Assembly: GCA_000004695.1 (NCBI GenBank)
Contig: CM000151.3
Coordinates: 4,384,001 to 4,448,000 of the forward strand
Length of the DNA stretch: 64,000 nucleotides
Source of the DNA: Dictyostelium discoideum
Taxonomy: Eukaryota
Direction: 5' to 3'
The position numbers and the translations under genes are program-made. Of this stretch, positions 15,881 to 26,262 are shown piece after piece. Each line of letters opens with the position of its first letter. Position 1 is the first letter of the stretch. The notes below the pieces were generated by a model, which worked only from the letters and a program-made list of their open reading frames with translations, did no database searches and was not told the origin of the DNA.

Positions 15881-15962
15881 GACATCGTAGCAAAGTGGTC
15901 TAATGCGTCTGACTAGAAATCAGATCCCTTCGGGGGCGCAGGTTCGAACCCTGCCGATGTCG
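15881..15962 (+). tRNA. tRNA-Ser (anticodon AGA), 82 nt, with long variable arm.
   Basis: The acceptor stem GACATCG/CGATGTC is a perfect 7 bp, followed by a discriminator G. Anticodon loop CTAGAAA carries anticodon AGA. A long variable arm CCCTTCGGGGG forms a hairpin. T-arm GCAGGTTCGAACCCTGC. The 3' half matches eukaryotic tRNA-Ser-AGA closely. Confidence 0.9.
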
Positions 15963-15989
15963 ATATATTTTAACAAAATATCCACTTTA

Positions 15990-16004
15990 CGAAGTTCGGA
16001 TCTG
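15990..16004 (+). promoter_or_regulatory. Candidate extra B-box (ex-B) Pol III element about 30 bp downstream of tRNA-Ser.
   Basis: AAGTTCGGATCTGG resembles the B-box consensus GGTTCGAANCC. Dictyostelium tRNA genes commonly carry an ex-B box 20-40 bp downstream. Confidence 0.4.
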
Positions 16005-16388
16005 GACTATTTTTTTAAGACCAAAGTTTGTTATACCGCTTTTAGGTAAAAAAAAAAAAAAAGACCAAAGTTTGGCCTTACTCAAACAAATTGGTTAGAA
16101 ATCCCATTAATATATTAAAAAATATATTAAAAGAAGGGGTAAACAGACTCCCTAGTATAAAGAGTTACAAGATTATCTTTTAAGACAAACATATTGAAGT
16201 TAAATCAGAGAAATCGAAATTTATAAATTTTAAAATTCGAGTTCCTATTAAAATAAAACCTTTTTTATTTTTTTTTTTTTACATTTACAAATAACCAGTA
16301 TTGAAATGTTAAAATCTAAAATGTTGTAAAAATTTTAATATTGGTAATTTTTCACCAAAAGATACAATATTAAAATGAATTATTTAAT

Positions 16389-16520
16389 TCAAAACTTTTT
16401 TATAGAAATTTGTTTTTGTTTTTGGTTGTTCTTATTTGTTGTTTTTGTTTGTTGTGCCCTCTTTTTGATGTGCACAAATAAGAACAACAAAAAACAAAAA
16501 CAAATTTCTATTAAAAAAGT
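16389..16520. repeat. Long near-perfect inverted repeat: ~50-bp arms separated by a ~30-bp spacer.
   Basis: Arm 1 AAAACTTTTTTATAGAAATTTGTTTTTGTTTTTGGTTGTTCTTATTTGTTG. Arm 2 CACAAATAAGAACAACAAAAAACAAAAACAAATTTCTATTAAAAAAGTTTTG is its reverse complement with 2-3 mismatches. The spacer TTTTTGTTTGTTGTGCCCTCTTTTTGATGTG is G/C-containing. Confidence 0.85.
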
Positions 16521-16711
16521 TTTGAATTTAACCCACACCACAATAGCACAATAAATTACACCAAAACTTTATGTATTTTTTAATTTTAAAAATCTTTATC
16601 TGTTTTTATTATATATATGTTTTTTTTTTTTCCTTTAATTTTTTTAATTCCAAAAATAATTGACCACTCTACAATTGATGTAAATTTTTTTAATTTTTTA
16701 TTTTTTTTTTT

Positions 16712-19700
16712 TTAATAATCTTCATCTTTTTCATTAATTTTTGAAGATTGACTATTAATTTTTTGATTTTGATACATATCAACAACTTGATCAGAACTAG
16801 TTGCATCTTCAGGAGATTTATCAGGACGAATTCTAATGAAACGTGGGAAACGTAAAGCGATACCTTTATTTGGATCCAAAATACCAGATGCAGCTGTATG
16901 AACTGGAGAGATTGATAAATCAGCGGCCAATACCTCCCAAACACAACTTGGAGAGAACCAAACATCAGGTTTAATTGAATCAGAGAAACGGAATTGATTA
17001 CGTGGTTGATTAATTAGATGAGGTTTCAATTGACTGGTAAAAGTAGTCAATTGTTCATCAGAGAAACCAGTACCAATCTTACAGAGTGTTTGGAATTCTT
17101 CATTGTTTTCATCATAACAAGCCAACAAGTAAGCACCATAAGTACCTGTTCTTTTACCTTTACCATACCATGCACCAATGGGTACCAAATCTAAACTATC
17201 GGTCATACCTTGCATATAATCTTTTTTAATCTTTAACCAATTGTAAGAACGACGTGATGGTTCATAGATTGATTTCTCTTTCAAAGTTTTCACCATTAAA
17301 CCTTCACAATTACCCTCGACAGCCTCTTCAAGATAGGATTGAATATCATTTACGTCGGAAATATTTGAATATTTAGCAAAAGCAAATACACCATCGGATG
17401 CAATGAAATTTTCAACTAAATGTTCACGACGTTTGATTAATGGTTCATCAATTAATGATTGACCATTCAAATAGAGTAAATCGAAAGCAAATACACAAAC
17501 TGGTACTTTAATTTGTGACAATTGTACACTTTTTCTTGCTCTAGTCGATAAAACTTGAAATGATAAAATCTTTTTTGTTGCAGCATCAAATGCAACTGCT
17601 TCACAATCTAAAATGAATGATTTCACATTTGGCCCAACGAATTTAGTAACATTTGCAACAATATCTGGATATTTTTGAGTGTAATCCTCTAAATTTCTGG
17701 TATAAATATGAGTGGTACCATCTGGTAAACGATGGATTTGAGCACGTTCACCATCATATTTGAATTCACAAGTAAACTCCATATCAGAGAAACGATCCAA
17801 CATTTGACTGATACCAGTGGTTGGTTGTGCTAACATTGGTTTCACTGGAATACCAACTTTCAATGAACATGTACTCAAAATATTATCAATACCATTCACA
17901 GCAATTAAATGAGGTACAAATAAATCATAATTTGGTAACTGACTATATGCACGAGTTACCTTTGATACAACATTTTGATAACGTTCTTCAAATTCCTCTT
18001 GTTTCATTTGTTTTCTAATATCAAATATCTGTTGACCGCTACCATCAATTGGTGGTGTTACCAATACGGATTTAGCCAATGCCATCAATACTGAACGTTC
18101 GGCTAGACCAATTCTAAGCTTACCTTGCAATGAACGAATGATATAAAGTGTTTCACAATCTTTACATGATACCAATAGTTTCTTTATAAGATCTTTCTTT
18201 TTTTGTTGGCCACCTGTGCCAGAGAGATCAGCAATTTGTTGAAATGTTTTGAACACCGATTGAATGGTCAATGGTGTTGGTTTACCCATTAGAGTTTGAG
18301 TGGATCTACTATTTTGTGCAATTATACCCAAATCACCAACCTCTGTCAACTCTTGTTTAATAACATCCACTGATCTACCAGTGGACTCTGCTAATGATTT
18401 AATTAAAACATGTTCACCAATACCCAACTCTTTAGATTGATAGGATGGACCAATCTTATTGATTGATAAATAAATTGTCATAACCAAATCCTTTGGTGAT
18501 AATAACATAATCGATCTAAATAAATTGGCTAAATGTTCAATAATAATTAATCTTGATGATGTTGATTCCATCATTTCAAAGGTTTTTGCTAATACCATAT
18601 ATGGTACAGCTTCACCTTTTTTCCATTGTGCATCCTCAATTGGTCTATATTTTCCAATAACCTTTAAATCAGCTTGAATAGTTTTTGCATTACCTTTCTT
18701 TTTTGAAATTGGTACTTTTTTAATAAATTTACTTTTAATTTGTGTACTTTTCTTTTCTTCTTCTTCTTCATTTTCACTAATTCCCTCTTCATCTTCTTCT
18801 TCTTCTTCTTCATATTCTTCCTCATCAATATCTTCTAATTTTTCATCATCATCTTCTTCTTCTTCCTCTTCTTCCTCATCATCTTCTTTTTCTTTTTCTT
18901 TTTCTTTTTCTTTTTCTTTTTTAACTTCTACTTTTGTTGCTTCAACTTGTTTTTTTGAAGTTATTACTTCTTTTTCTTCTTTTTTAGATGGACTTGAAAT
19001 TGATTTTGAAGAAATAGTTGTGGCGGTAGAGGTAGTAGTTGTGGTGGTGGTGGTTGTGGTGCTTTGCTTTGCTTCAAGTACAGGTGATGGTTTTTTTGTT
19101 GTTGCTGTTGGTTTATGATCAACTTTTTGTTTTTTATTAGTTTTACTGTTTTTAGATGTTGAGGTTGGTACTGACGATTTAGCTTCAGCATTTGCTCTTT
19201 TAAATAAATCTGAAATATCAATAGTTTCTTTTTTTGGTGAAGTTAATTCCTTTTCTTTTAATTCCTTTTCTTTTAATTCCTTTTCTTTTAATTCCTTTTC
19301 TTTTAATTCCTTTTCTTTTTTCTCTTTTTCTTCTTTTTCTTTCAATTCTTTTTCTTTTTTCTCTTTTTTCTCCTTTTCCTTTTCTTCCTTTTCTTTTTTC
19401 TCTTTTTCTTTTAACTCTTTTTCTTTTTTCTCTTTATCTTTGAGTTCTTTTTCTTTTTCTTTTAGCTCCTTTTCTTTTTTATCTTTTAATTCCTTTTCTT
19501 TTAATTCCTTTTCTTTTAATTCCTTTTCTTTTTTATCTTTTTCTTCTTTTTCTTTTTTTTCTTTTTCTTTCTTTTCTTTTTCCTTTGATTCTTTTTCTTT
19601 TAACTCTTTTTCTTTCTTTTCTTTTTCTTTTTTCTCTTTATCTTTTAAAACTTTTTCTTTATACTCTTTATCTTTTGAAGAAATTGAATCTTTTTCATTA

Positions 19701-20302
19701 TCACTATCATCATCGAGCATATCATCTAAATCATTATCATCAGTTTTATTTTCATCTTCTTCGTCTTCTTCATCGTCATCCATTTTCTTTCTTTTTAATC
19801 TTTTCAAATTATTTGATTGTTTTGAAGATTGTTTTTCAGGTTTTTTAGTTTCTTTATTTTCTATTGTTTTCTTTGAAGAAGATGATGATTTTGATTCTTT
19901 ATTTTCTTTAGTTTTTAATGATTGTTTTTTCTTTTTATTCTTTTCTTTTTCATTTTCATCTAATTCCATTTCTTCTTCACCATTTATATCTTCTTCAATT
20001 TCTTCATCTTGTTGTTGATATTCTTCTTCTTCTTCTTGTTCTTCTTCACCATCTTGTTCTTCTTGTTCTTCTTCTTCTTCTTCTTCCTTATTTTTTTTTG
20101 AACTCTTTCTCTTTGGTTTTGTTTCTTTTTTTTCTTTCTTTTCAACTTTTTCTTTAACCACTGCTTCTCTTTTCTTTTTAGGGGAAGTTTTAAGTTTATT
20201 TAATTCTTGTGCATTACTAATTTTCTTTTCTATATCTTCAATTTCTCCACCTTCTTTCTTTTGTAAGAAACTCCTATAATATATTATGTCAAATTAATTA
20301 AT

Positions 20303-20344
<42 letters not shown>

Positions 20345-20415
20345 GAGTTAGCTTTAAAGTAATTAAAAAATAAAATAAAATAAAAAAATTCTAATTACCA
20401 CATAGAAGATTGCAT
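16712..20415 (-). CDS. lig1: ATP-dependent DNA ligase I. Two exons: a 17-nt first exon at 20399..20415 and the main exon 16712..20273.
   Basis: The catalytic core shows the adenylation motif CEFKYDGERAQIH (KxDGxR) and is collinear with metazoan LIG1 (…EGLMVKTL…, …WLKIKKDY…, …RFPRFIRIRPDK…). The track's initial M is an in-frame GTG. The frame stays open upstream to a TATAG acceptor at 20274. A GTAATT donor follows ATGCAATCTTCTATGTG, which gives MQSSMWSFLQKKEGG. This is a PIP-box-like start, as in human LIG1 (MQRSIMSFF). Confidence 0.9.
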
Positions 20416-20874
20416 TTTTTTTCTTCTTTTTTATTTAAATTCTAAATATGGTACAAATTGTGTTAATTTATATATATATATATATGTGTGGTGTTAATAT
20501 AGTGCTACAAAAAATGTTTTTTTTTTTTTATTTTTTTTTTTTGTTTTGGAATGGTTTATTAAAAAAAAAGCGGGAAAATTTCAAAAAATAAAAAAAATAA
20601 AAATTAAATGAAATAAAAAACCAAAAGATATTAAATTTATTTATTATTATTATTTATTTATATTTAATATTATTATTTTTCACATTTATGAACATTAATA
20701 TTTATAAATAAATAAATAAATAAATAAATAATAAATCTATTTTATAAAAACAAATTGGGGAAAAAATAAATTAAATGAATAGGTATATATTATCTATTTT
20801 ATTCCTTTATTAATTTTTTTTTTTTTTTTTCTAAAAACTTTTTTAATTATTATAAAACTTTTTATCAGCACTAG

Positions 20875-20986
20875 TTAAAAAGTACCATAAGAATTTAAAG
20901 TTCTTGAAGCCATAATCAACATATCATAAAAACCATTAACAGATCTTCTTAATTCATCTGCGCTATTTGCTGCATATAACCTATAA

Positions 20987-21018
<32 letters not shown>

Positions 21019-21046
21019 TAAAAATCATTATAATATAAATTAATAT

Positions 21047-21082
<36 letters not shown>

Positions 21083-21244
21083 AATTTCTTTTACTTACAC
21101 TGTTAAAACTGAATTATTTATCTTAAAATCTCTAAATATATTTAAATTAATTTCTTTATCTACAATTAATGAGTTCATAATAAATTTTGCATATTGTTCT
21201 TTTTTATAATCAATATCAACTGAACTATAAATTTGTATAAACAT
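20875..21244 (-). CDS. Small two-exon hypothetical protein (~83 aa), not in the ORF track. Exons 21099..21244 and 20875..20980.
   Basis: ATG at 21244 gives MFIQIYSSVDIDYKKEQYAKFIMNSLIVDKEINLNIFRDFKINNSVLT. A GTAAGT donor follows, with a TTTTATAG acceptor at 20981 and phase-consistent continuation VLYAANSADELRRSVNGFYDMLIMASRTLNSYGTF*. It is non-repetitive and has a balanced composition, unlike the surrounding intergenic DNA. Confidence 0.4.
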
Positions 21245-21263
21245 ATTAATATTTTTTTTTTTT

Positions 21264-21295
<32 letters not shown>

Positions 21296-21319
21296 TTTTT
21301 TAATAAAAAAAAACCCATA

Positions 21320-21433
21320 CTATTTATACAATAAATTATCGGCTGATTTTACTTTCTTATTTTCATCATCTTCATCTGAATAATCATCATCTTCATCTAA
21401 AATGATATCATCTTCTTTCTTTTCTGTTGACAT
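21320..21433 (-). CDS. Possible small acidic ORF (37 aa). Low confidence.
   Basis: MSTEKKEDDIILDEDDDYSDEDDENKKVKSADNLLYK*. Only the ORF and its compositional contrast with the flanks support it. Confidence 0.2.
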   Translation of the reverse strand: MSTEKKEDDIILDEDDDYSDEDDENKKVKSADNLLYK

Positions 21434-21594
21434 TGTATTGTTGACTAACAAAAATAAAAAATCAAAAAAAAAGATGTGAAATTGTTTTTTACAAAAAAAA
21501 AAAAAAAAAAAAAAAATCAAAGTTTTTTTTTATTTTTTTTTTTTTTTTATTTTTTTTAATTAATTAAAATAAATATTAATTGTTTTTTATAATT

Positions 21595-22197
21595 TTATTT
21601 TTTGGGAATTTCTCTTTTTATTTTTACAATTCTAAAAGTTGTTTGATTTGATTTTAAAGATTCATTAAAGAATGGTAAAGTATTTCCAGCTTTTGAACCA
21701 AGACCAATTGATAAGGCACCATCTTCAATCTTTGTTTGAATTGATTTACAATGTTCAATTAATTCAATTGGACAAGTGAATTCGACAATAGTTGATGGAT
21801 TAGTGTCTGTCCATTTTTTACCAGTTAAATATTTATTTGCATATTGTCTGCCATTTGAACCTTCGATTATAGCTTGATAAGGTTGAGTGTCTGGTAAAAA
21901 TCCATTATCAATAAGGAATTTACATTCTATATCACCCATTGGTCTATATACATTGATTTTACCTTTTATCGGTATTGATGATAATGCTTCTAACCAAACA
22001 CTACTACTACCCCTATGAGTTATATTCTTTAATTCCCCTGAATCCAATAATTCTTTTTCATATTGTTTTAAATATTTTAATCCTTTTCCAATTGGTTCTG
22101 CTCTTTCTAATGATTTTAAAAATTCTTTTTCATTTTCTTTAAATATTATTTCTTCTTCTTTTTCTTTTTCTTCTTCTTTTTTTTTATTATTACTCAT
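21595..22197 (-). CDS. Hypothetical protein, 200 aa.
   Basis: ATG at 22197 opens a continuous non-repetitive ORF after an N-terminal K/E-rich stretch (…HRGSSSVWLEALSSIPIKGKINVYRPMGDIECKFLIDNGFLPDTQPYQAIIEGSNGRQYANKYLTGKKW…). No family recognised. Confidence 0.55.
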   Translation of the reverse strand: MSNNKKKEEEKEKEEEIIFKENEKEFLKSLERAEPIGKGLKYLKQYEKELLDSGELKNITHRGSSSVWLEALSSIPIKGKINVYRPMGDIECKFLIDNGFLPDTQPYQAIIEGSNGRQYANKYLTGKKWTDTNPSTIVEFTCPIELIEHCKSIQTKIEDGALSIGLGSKAGNTLPFFNESLKSNQTTFRIVKIKREIPKK

Positions 22198-22974
22198 ATT
22201 TTAAAATTAAATCTATAATATATTGTTTTTTCATTTTTTATTAAATAAAAAAAAAAAAAAAAAATTATAAAAAAAAATTAAAAAAAATAAAAAAAAAAGT
22301 GAAAAAAAAAAAGAATAAGAAAAATATAAGAAAAATTATTTATTTAAATAAAAAAAGATACAGTAACTATTATTTAATATTTTATTTTATTGTATTTTTT
22401 ATTAATTTTAAAGTTCTATTTTAAATTTTTTTTTTCTTTTTTTTTTAATTTAATTTAATTAATTTCAATTTTTTTTTTTTTATTTTTTTTTTTTTCTTAA
22501 TAATATTTCCCATTACCATCTTTAGAAATAAATTTAGGTACTGTTATTTAATTTTTTAAAAAAAAATAATTAATTTAAATTAATTTATTTCGAAAAAAAA
22601 AATGGTAGATCTTTGCATCAAAATTTTAATTAGAAGGTGGGCATAAAAATGTGTGGTTCTCATTAAAAAGAGAATGATAAAAATTGATAATTTCTGAAAA
22701 AAGTGAAAATTCAAGACAAATTTAGTCAGAAACAGATCTCATTTGAAAAAATTTTAATTTATTTTTATTTTTTTTTTATTTTTTTTTTTTAATTTATTTT
22801 TTATTTTTTTTATTTATTTTTTTTATTTAATTTTTTATTTTATTTTTTTTTTACTCTTTATTTTTTTTATTTTTTATTTCATTTATTTTTTATTTTTTTT
22901 TTTTGAGCAAATATATGTACAAAAAAAAATAGTTTAACAAGGAAAAAAAAAATATATATAAAAATAAATTAGCA

Positions 22975-24642
22975 ATGGGAATTGAGGATAATTCACAGCA
23001 ACCCAACACTGGTAGCCCATATGGACAATCACCACCATCACAATATAATCCATATGGACAACAACCACCACAACAACAACAATATAATCCATATGGAGAA
23101 CAACAACAGCAACCACAACAACAACAACAATATGGATACCAACCACAATTTCAGCCTACATATCAACAACCACCACCACAACCACAATATTATAGTCAAG
23201 CACAAATGCCATTTCCCCCACAACAACAACAACCACCACCAATTACAAATTTAAATAAAGCAAATGACCGTGAATCATTAATTGGTGGTGTTGGTGGTGG
23301 TGGTATACCACCAAATAATAATCAAACAATGGTTGGTAGTTATAATGAAGGTGAAACCAAATTTGCACCACCAAAATATCAAGATATTTGGTTTTCAATT
23401 TTATTTGGGTTAAATTTTGGTTTATTAATAGTTGTTTCAGCATCAGCATTTGCCAAAACCCCTTATACATACTATGATAGTAATTATTACGATAATACAT
23501 CTGGTGGTTCATTTGGTTTCCTATTTGCAATCTTACCATTTACAATTGTATTTTCACTTCTTTACATTTGGGCATGGTTAAAGTTAGCAGCCAATCATGC
23601 AGAATCATTAATTAAATACTCCTTTTTTGGAGCCATGGGATTAATGATTGGTTATTGCGTATTCTTTTTCGTTTGGGGTGCTATTTACTTGGGTATAATC
23701 TTTGCAATTATGGCATTCTTTATCATTTTATTCTACATTTCATGCCGTTCACGTATACCATTCACTGCCACTTTATTATCAAATGCAGTCGCCATCATTA
23801 AAGAATATCCATCAGTCATTAGAGCAGGTTACGTTTCAATATTTATCAATTTCGTTTGGTTCATCGTTTGGGGTAGTGCTTTTGCTAGAGTCAATATGGT
23901 TTACACTGGTGCAATTCAAACTTGTATCAACATTTACTTGGTTTTCACATTGTATTGGGTATTCCATGTCATAAAGAATACCCTACATACAACTGTTAGT
24001 GGTTTATTGGCAACTTGGTATTTCTGTTCAGGTCCAAACGGTGTAGGTATGCCACATAATCCAACACTTGGCTCCGCTAGAAGAGCTTTAACCACTTCAT
24101 TTGGATCAATTTGTTTTGGTTCTTTAATCATCTCACTCATTGAAACTCTAAGATACCTTAGTCAAATGATGATCAATAATAGAAATGTTGTTGTAAAGAT
24201 TATCGGTTACATATTTAATTGTATCCTTTCAATGTTATCATCGATCGTACAATTCTTTAATACCTATGCATTCACTCATGTCGCCATATATGGCAAATCA
24301 TTTTGTGATTCTGCAAAATCAACATTTACAATGTTTGAAAATCGTTTAGGTTCAACAATTATCAATGACAACTTTGTTGGTACAACCATTGCCATCGGTG
24401 GTTTAGTTGCATCTCTTTTATTATCAATTTTGGGTGCTCTAATTTCAATTCCATTCGATATGTCAGTCTATGGTGGTGCATTAGCTTTATTCATTGGTTA
24501 CTTGGTTATCATTACAAACTTGGAAGTAGTTTATAGTTCAACAATATCATTATTTGTTTGTTATGTTATGGAACCAGAAGTTTTAGCTCATACAAAACCA
24601 CAATTGTATCAACTCTATTCTTCAACTTATCATTTAAGATAA
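22975..24642 (+). CDS. Choline transporter-like protein (SLC44/CTL/Pns1 family) with an N-terminal Gln/Pro-rich region.
   Basis: About 10 predicted TM helices. Conserved CTL blocks are present: TSFGSICFGSLIISLIETLRYLSQMM and YAFTHVAIYGKSFCDSAKSTFTMFENR (compare the animal CTL blocks GSLAFGALIL...IAR and NAYIMIAIYGKNFCVSAKNAF). A PYGQQPPQQQQYNPYG repeat region precedes them. Confidence 0.85.
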   Translation: MGIEDNSQQPNTGSPYGQSPPSQYNPYGQQPPQQQQYNPYGEQQQQPQQQQQYGYQPQFQPTYQQPPPQPQYYSQAQMPFPPQQQQPPPITNLNKANDRESLIGGVGGGGIPPNNNQTMVGSYNEGETKFAPPKYQDIWFSILFGLNFGLLIVVSASAFAKTPYTYYDSNYYDNTSGGSFGFLFAILPFTIVFSLLYIWAWLKLAANHAESLIKYSFFGAMGLMIGYCVFFFVWGAIYLGIIFAIMAFFIILFYISCRSRIPFTATLLSNAVAIIKEYPSVIRAGYVSIFINFVWFIVWGSAFARVNMVYTGAIQTCINIYLVFTLYWVFHVIKNTLHTTVSGLLATWYFCSGPNGVGMPHNPTLGSARRALTTSFGSICFGSLIISLIETLRYLSQMMINNRNVVVKIIGYIFNCILSMLSSIVQFFNTYAFTHVAIYGKSFCDSAKSTFTMFENRLGSTIINDNFVGTTIAIGGLVASLLLSILGALISIPFDMSVYGGALALFIGYLVIITNLEVVYSSTISLFVCYVMEPEVLAHTKPQLYQLYSSTYHLR

Positions 24643-24798
24643 ATCATTTTTAATTAAAAAAAAAAAATTAAAAAAAAAAATAAAAAAATAAAAAAAAAAA
24701 AATAATAATTATAATTATAATAAAAATATCTAAAATTAAATTATCAAAATCATTACTAAATTATTTATTTCTTTAATAATTTTATTATTATTTATTTT

Positions 24799-26262
24799 TT
24801 AATTATTAAAAACTATTGAAGAAATTAAAGCAATTTCCATTTCTCTAGCTTCAGTAACACCAGGTAAATCATCAGGTTTTGGTGGATAAAGTGCAGAACA
24901 ATGACTTCCACCTTGGATTAAGAAAACTTGAGATTCACTATTTGGTGGTGATTGAACCGATAATACAGACCATGGATCAATAGTACCTCTTTCATAGATT
25001 ACATTTGTGGCTTGAATATTTGTACCACCATAATCATTTAAAATATATTGAATTGCAGGTTGATAAACAAAACCTTTTGGTCCAAAGATATCAGTACACA
25101 TTTGTGTGAAATATTCCAATGTGATTGCACTTGAAAATGGTTGATTTTGAGATGAACCAGTTTGCCAATACCCATATTCAGTACAACATTGCCAATTCCA
25201 AGAACGTGAACTTGCATTGGCACTCTTATAATTTGATGATTGTAAATATTGTATAGATTTTTCATAGCTTGATAATGTACATTGTGAACCTGAGAATTGG
25301 TTATACTCATTATTGAAATCAATGAATTCTTTCATTGGATCTGAGGATTGCTCAAATCTTTCGCACATTGCTGTGATATTGGTGAATGTGTAATTATTAT
25401 TATCGAGATTGTATTGCACTGTCTCGGTGATACCACTCGAGAGGGATTCCATAAAGGTTGCAATATCCAATTTTGAAACTATTGGATCACATGCACTAAA
25501 CATTTGTTGAACTTGATCATTTTGACCATTGTTTAACATTGTGGTCACAGTTTGGGTGATGTTTGAAACGATGGCACTGCAAGTTGGACCGATCGATTGA
25601 GAAACCACTTCGAAATATTCTGGAAAATCTAATTGCGCTTTAACAGGTGCCGATGTTGCAATGGCTGCAGAAATGAGTTGAGGGTATTTCAATCTTAACC
25701 AACCACTGAGATTACCACTGTAACTGCCGCCAAAGCTAATCCATTTACTGCTTCCAGTATTGTATTTTTGGGTGAGGAATGGCACGAATGCTGCATAGTC
25801 GGCTAAGGCTTGTTGGGTGGTTAAATATTTTAAATTCTCTAATGATAAACTACCCATTGGTATACTGTCACCGTAGAATCTATGCTCGATAGCTACTAAT
25901 AATGCGTTGAATTTTTGGGCGTATTGGTTGAATACGAAATGACCTGTGACATAACTTGCCCCAACTGGACCCTCACCACCTAAGATATAGAATACTGGTG
26001 AACCTGGTGTATAATAAGTATCATTCACATAAAACTTTTGTTTAAATGTGTTTCTATTTTGTGGGTCGTAATGATCAACTCTATTGGTAAACCATTGAAC
26101 TGGTGGATCGTTTGGATTCACTCTTCTATCACTCGATGGTCTTGAATCAAATCCTGGAACTCTATGTTTTAATCCTTTATTAAGTGGTGAATCATGATTT
26201 CTATGTCCATTAATTATTCCTATAAAAAATAATAAACTTAAAATTATAAAAATAATTTTCAT
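24799..26262 (-). CDS. Serine carboxypeptidase S28 family (lysosomal Pro-X carboxypeptidase / DPP-II-like), secreted.
   Basis: Signal peptide at the start. The active-site Ser lies in a GxSxG motif (FGGSYSGNLSGWLRLKYPQL), with the S28-typical EHRFYGDS block nearby. Single exon from the ATG at 26262. Confidence 0.9.
   Translation of the reverse strand: MKIIFIILSLLFFIGIINGHRNHDSPLNKGLKHRVPGFDSRPSSDRRVNPNDPPVQWFTNRVDHYDPQNRNTFKQKFYVNDTYYTPGSPVFYILGGEGPVGASYVTGHFVFNQYAQKFNALLVAIEHRFYGDSIPMGSLSLENLKYLTTQQALADYAAFVPFLTQKYNTGSSKWISFGGSYSGNLSGWLRLKYPQLISAAIATSAPVKAQLDFPEYFEVVSQSIGPTCSAIVSNITQTVTTMLNNGQNDQVQQMFSACDPIVSKLDIATFMESLSSGITETVQYNLDNNNYTFTNITAMCERFEQSSDPMKEFIDFNNEYNQFSGSQCTLSSYEKSIQYLQSSNYKSANASSRSWNWQCCTEYGYWQTGSSQNQPFSSAITLEYFTQMCTDIFGPKGFVYQPAIQYILNDYGGTNIQATNVIYERGTIDPWSVLSVQSPPNSESQVFLIQGGSHCSALYPPKPDDLPGVTEAREMEIALISSIVFNN

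Noticed and set aside
16525-16560. ACCCACACCACAA, resembling the Dictyostelium upstream sequence element (DUSE) that sits ~60 bp upstream of Pol II/III ncRNA genes.
   Set aside because: The ~100 bp downstream on either strand is homopolymer-rich and shows no stem-loop or conserved ncRNA motif. A single weak match to a short consensus is not enough.
19234-20157. Plus-strand ORFs 19234..19443, 19440..20018, 19585..19848 and 19918..20157 opposite the ligase gene, and 17821..18018.
   Set aside because: These are antisense shadows of the K/E tandem-repeat region of lig1, giving F/S/L periodic peptides. The ligase frame is unambiguous.
22934-23539. ORFs 22934..23146, 22982..23254, 23038..23232 and 23243..23539 overlapping the start of the CTL gene.
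   Set aside because: These are alternative frames of the CAA/CCA-rich (Gln/Pro) N-terminal repeat of the CTL protein. Only the CTL frame continues into a conserved domain. The same applies to 23702..23974, 23934..24140 and 25038..25322 inside the CTL and S28 genes.
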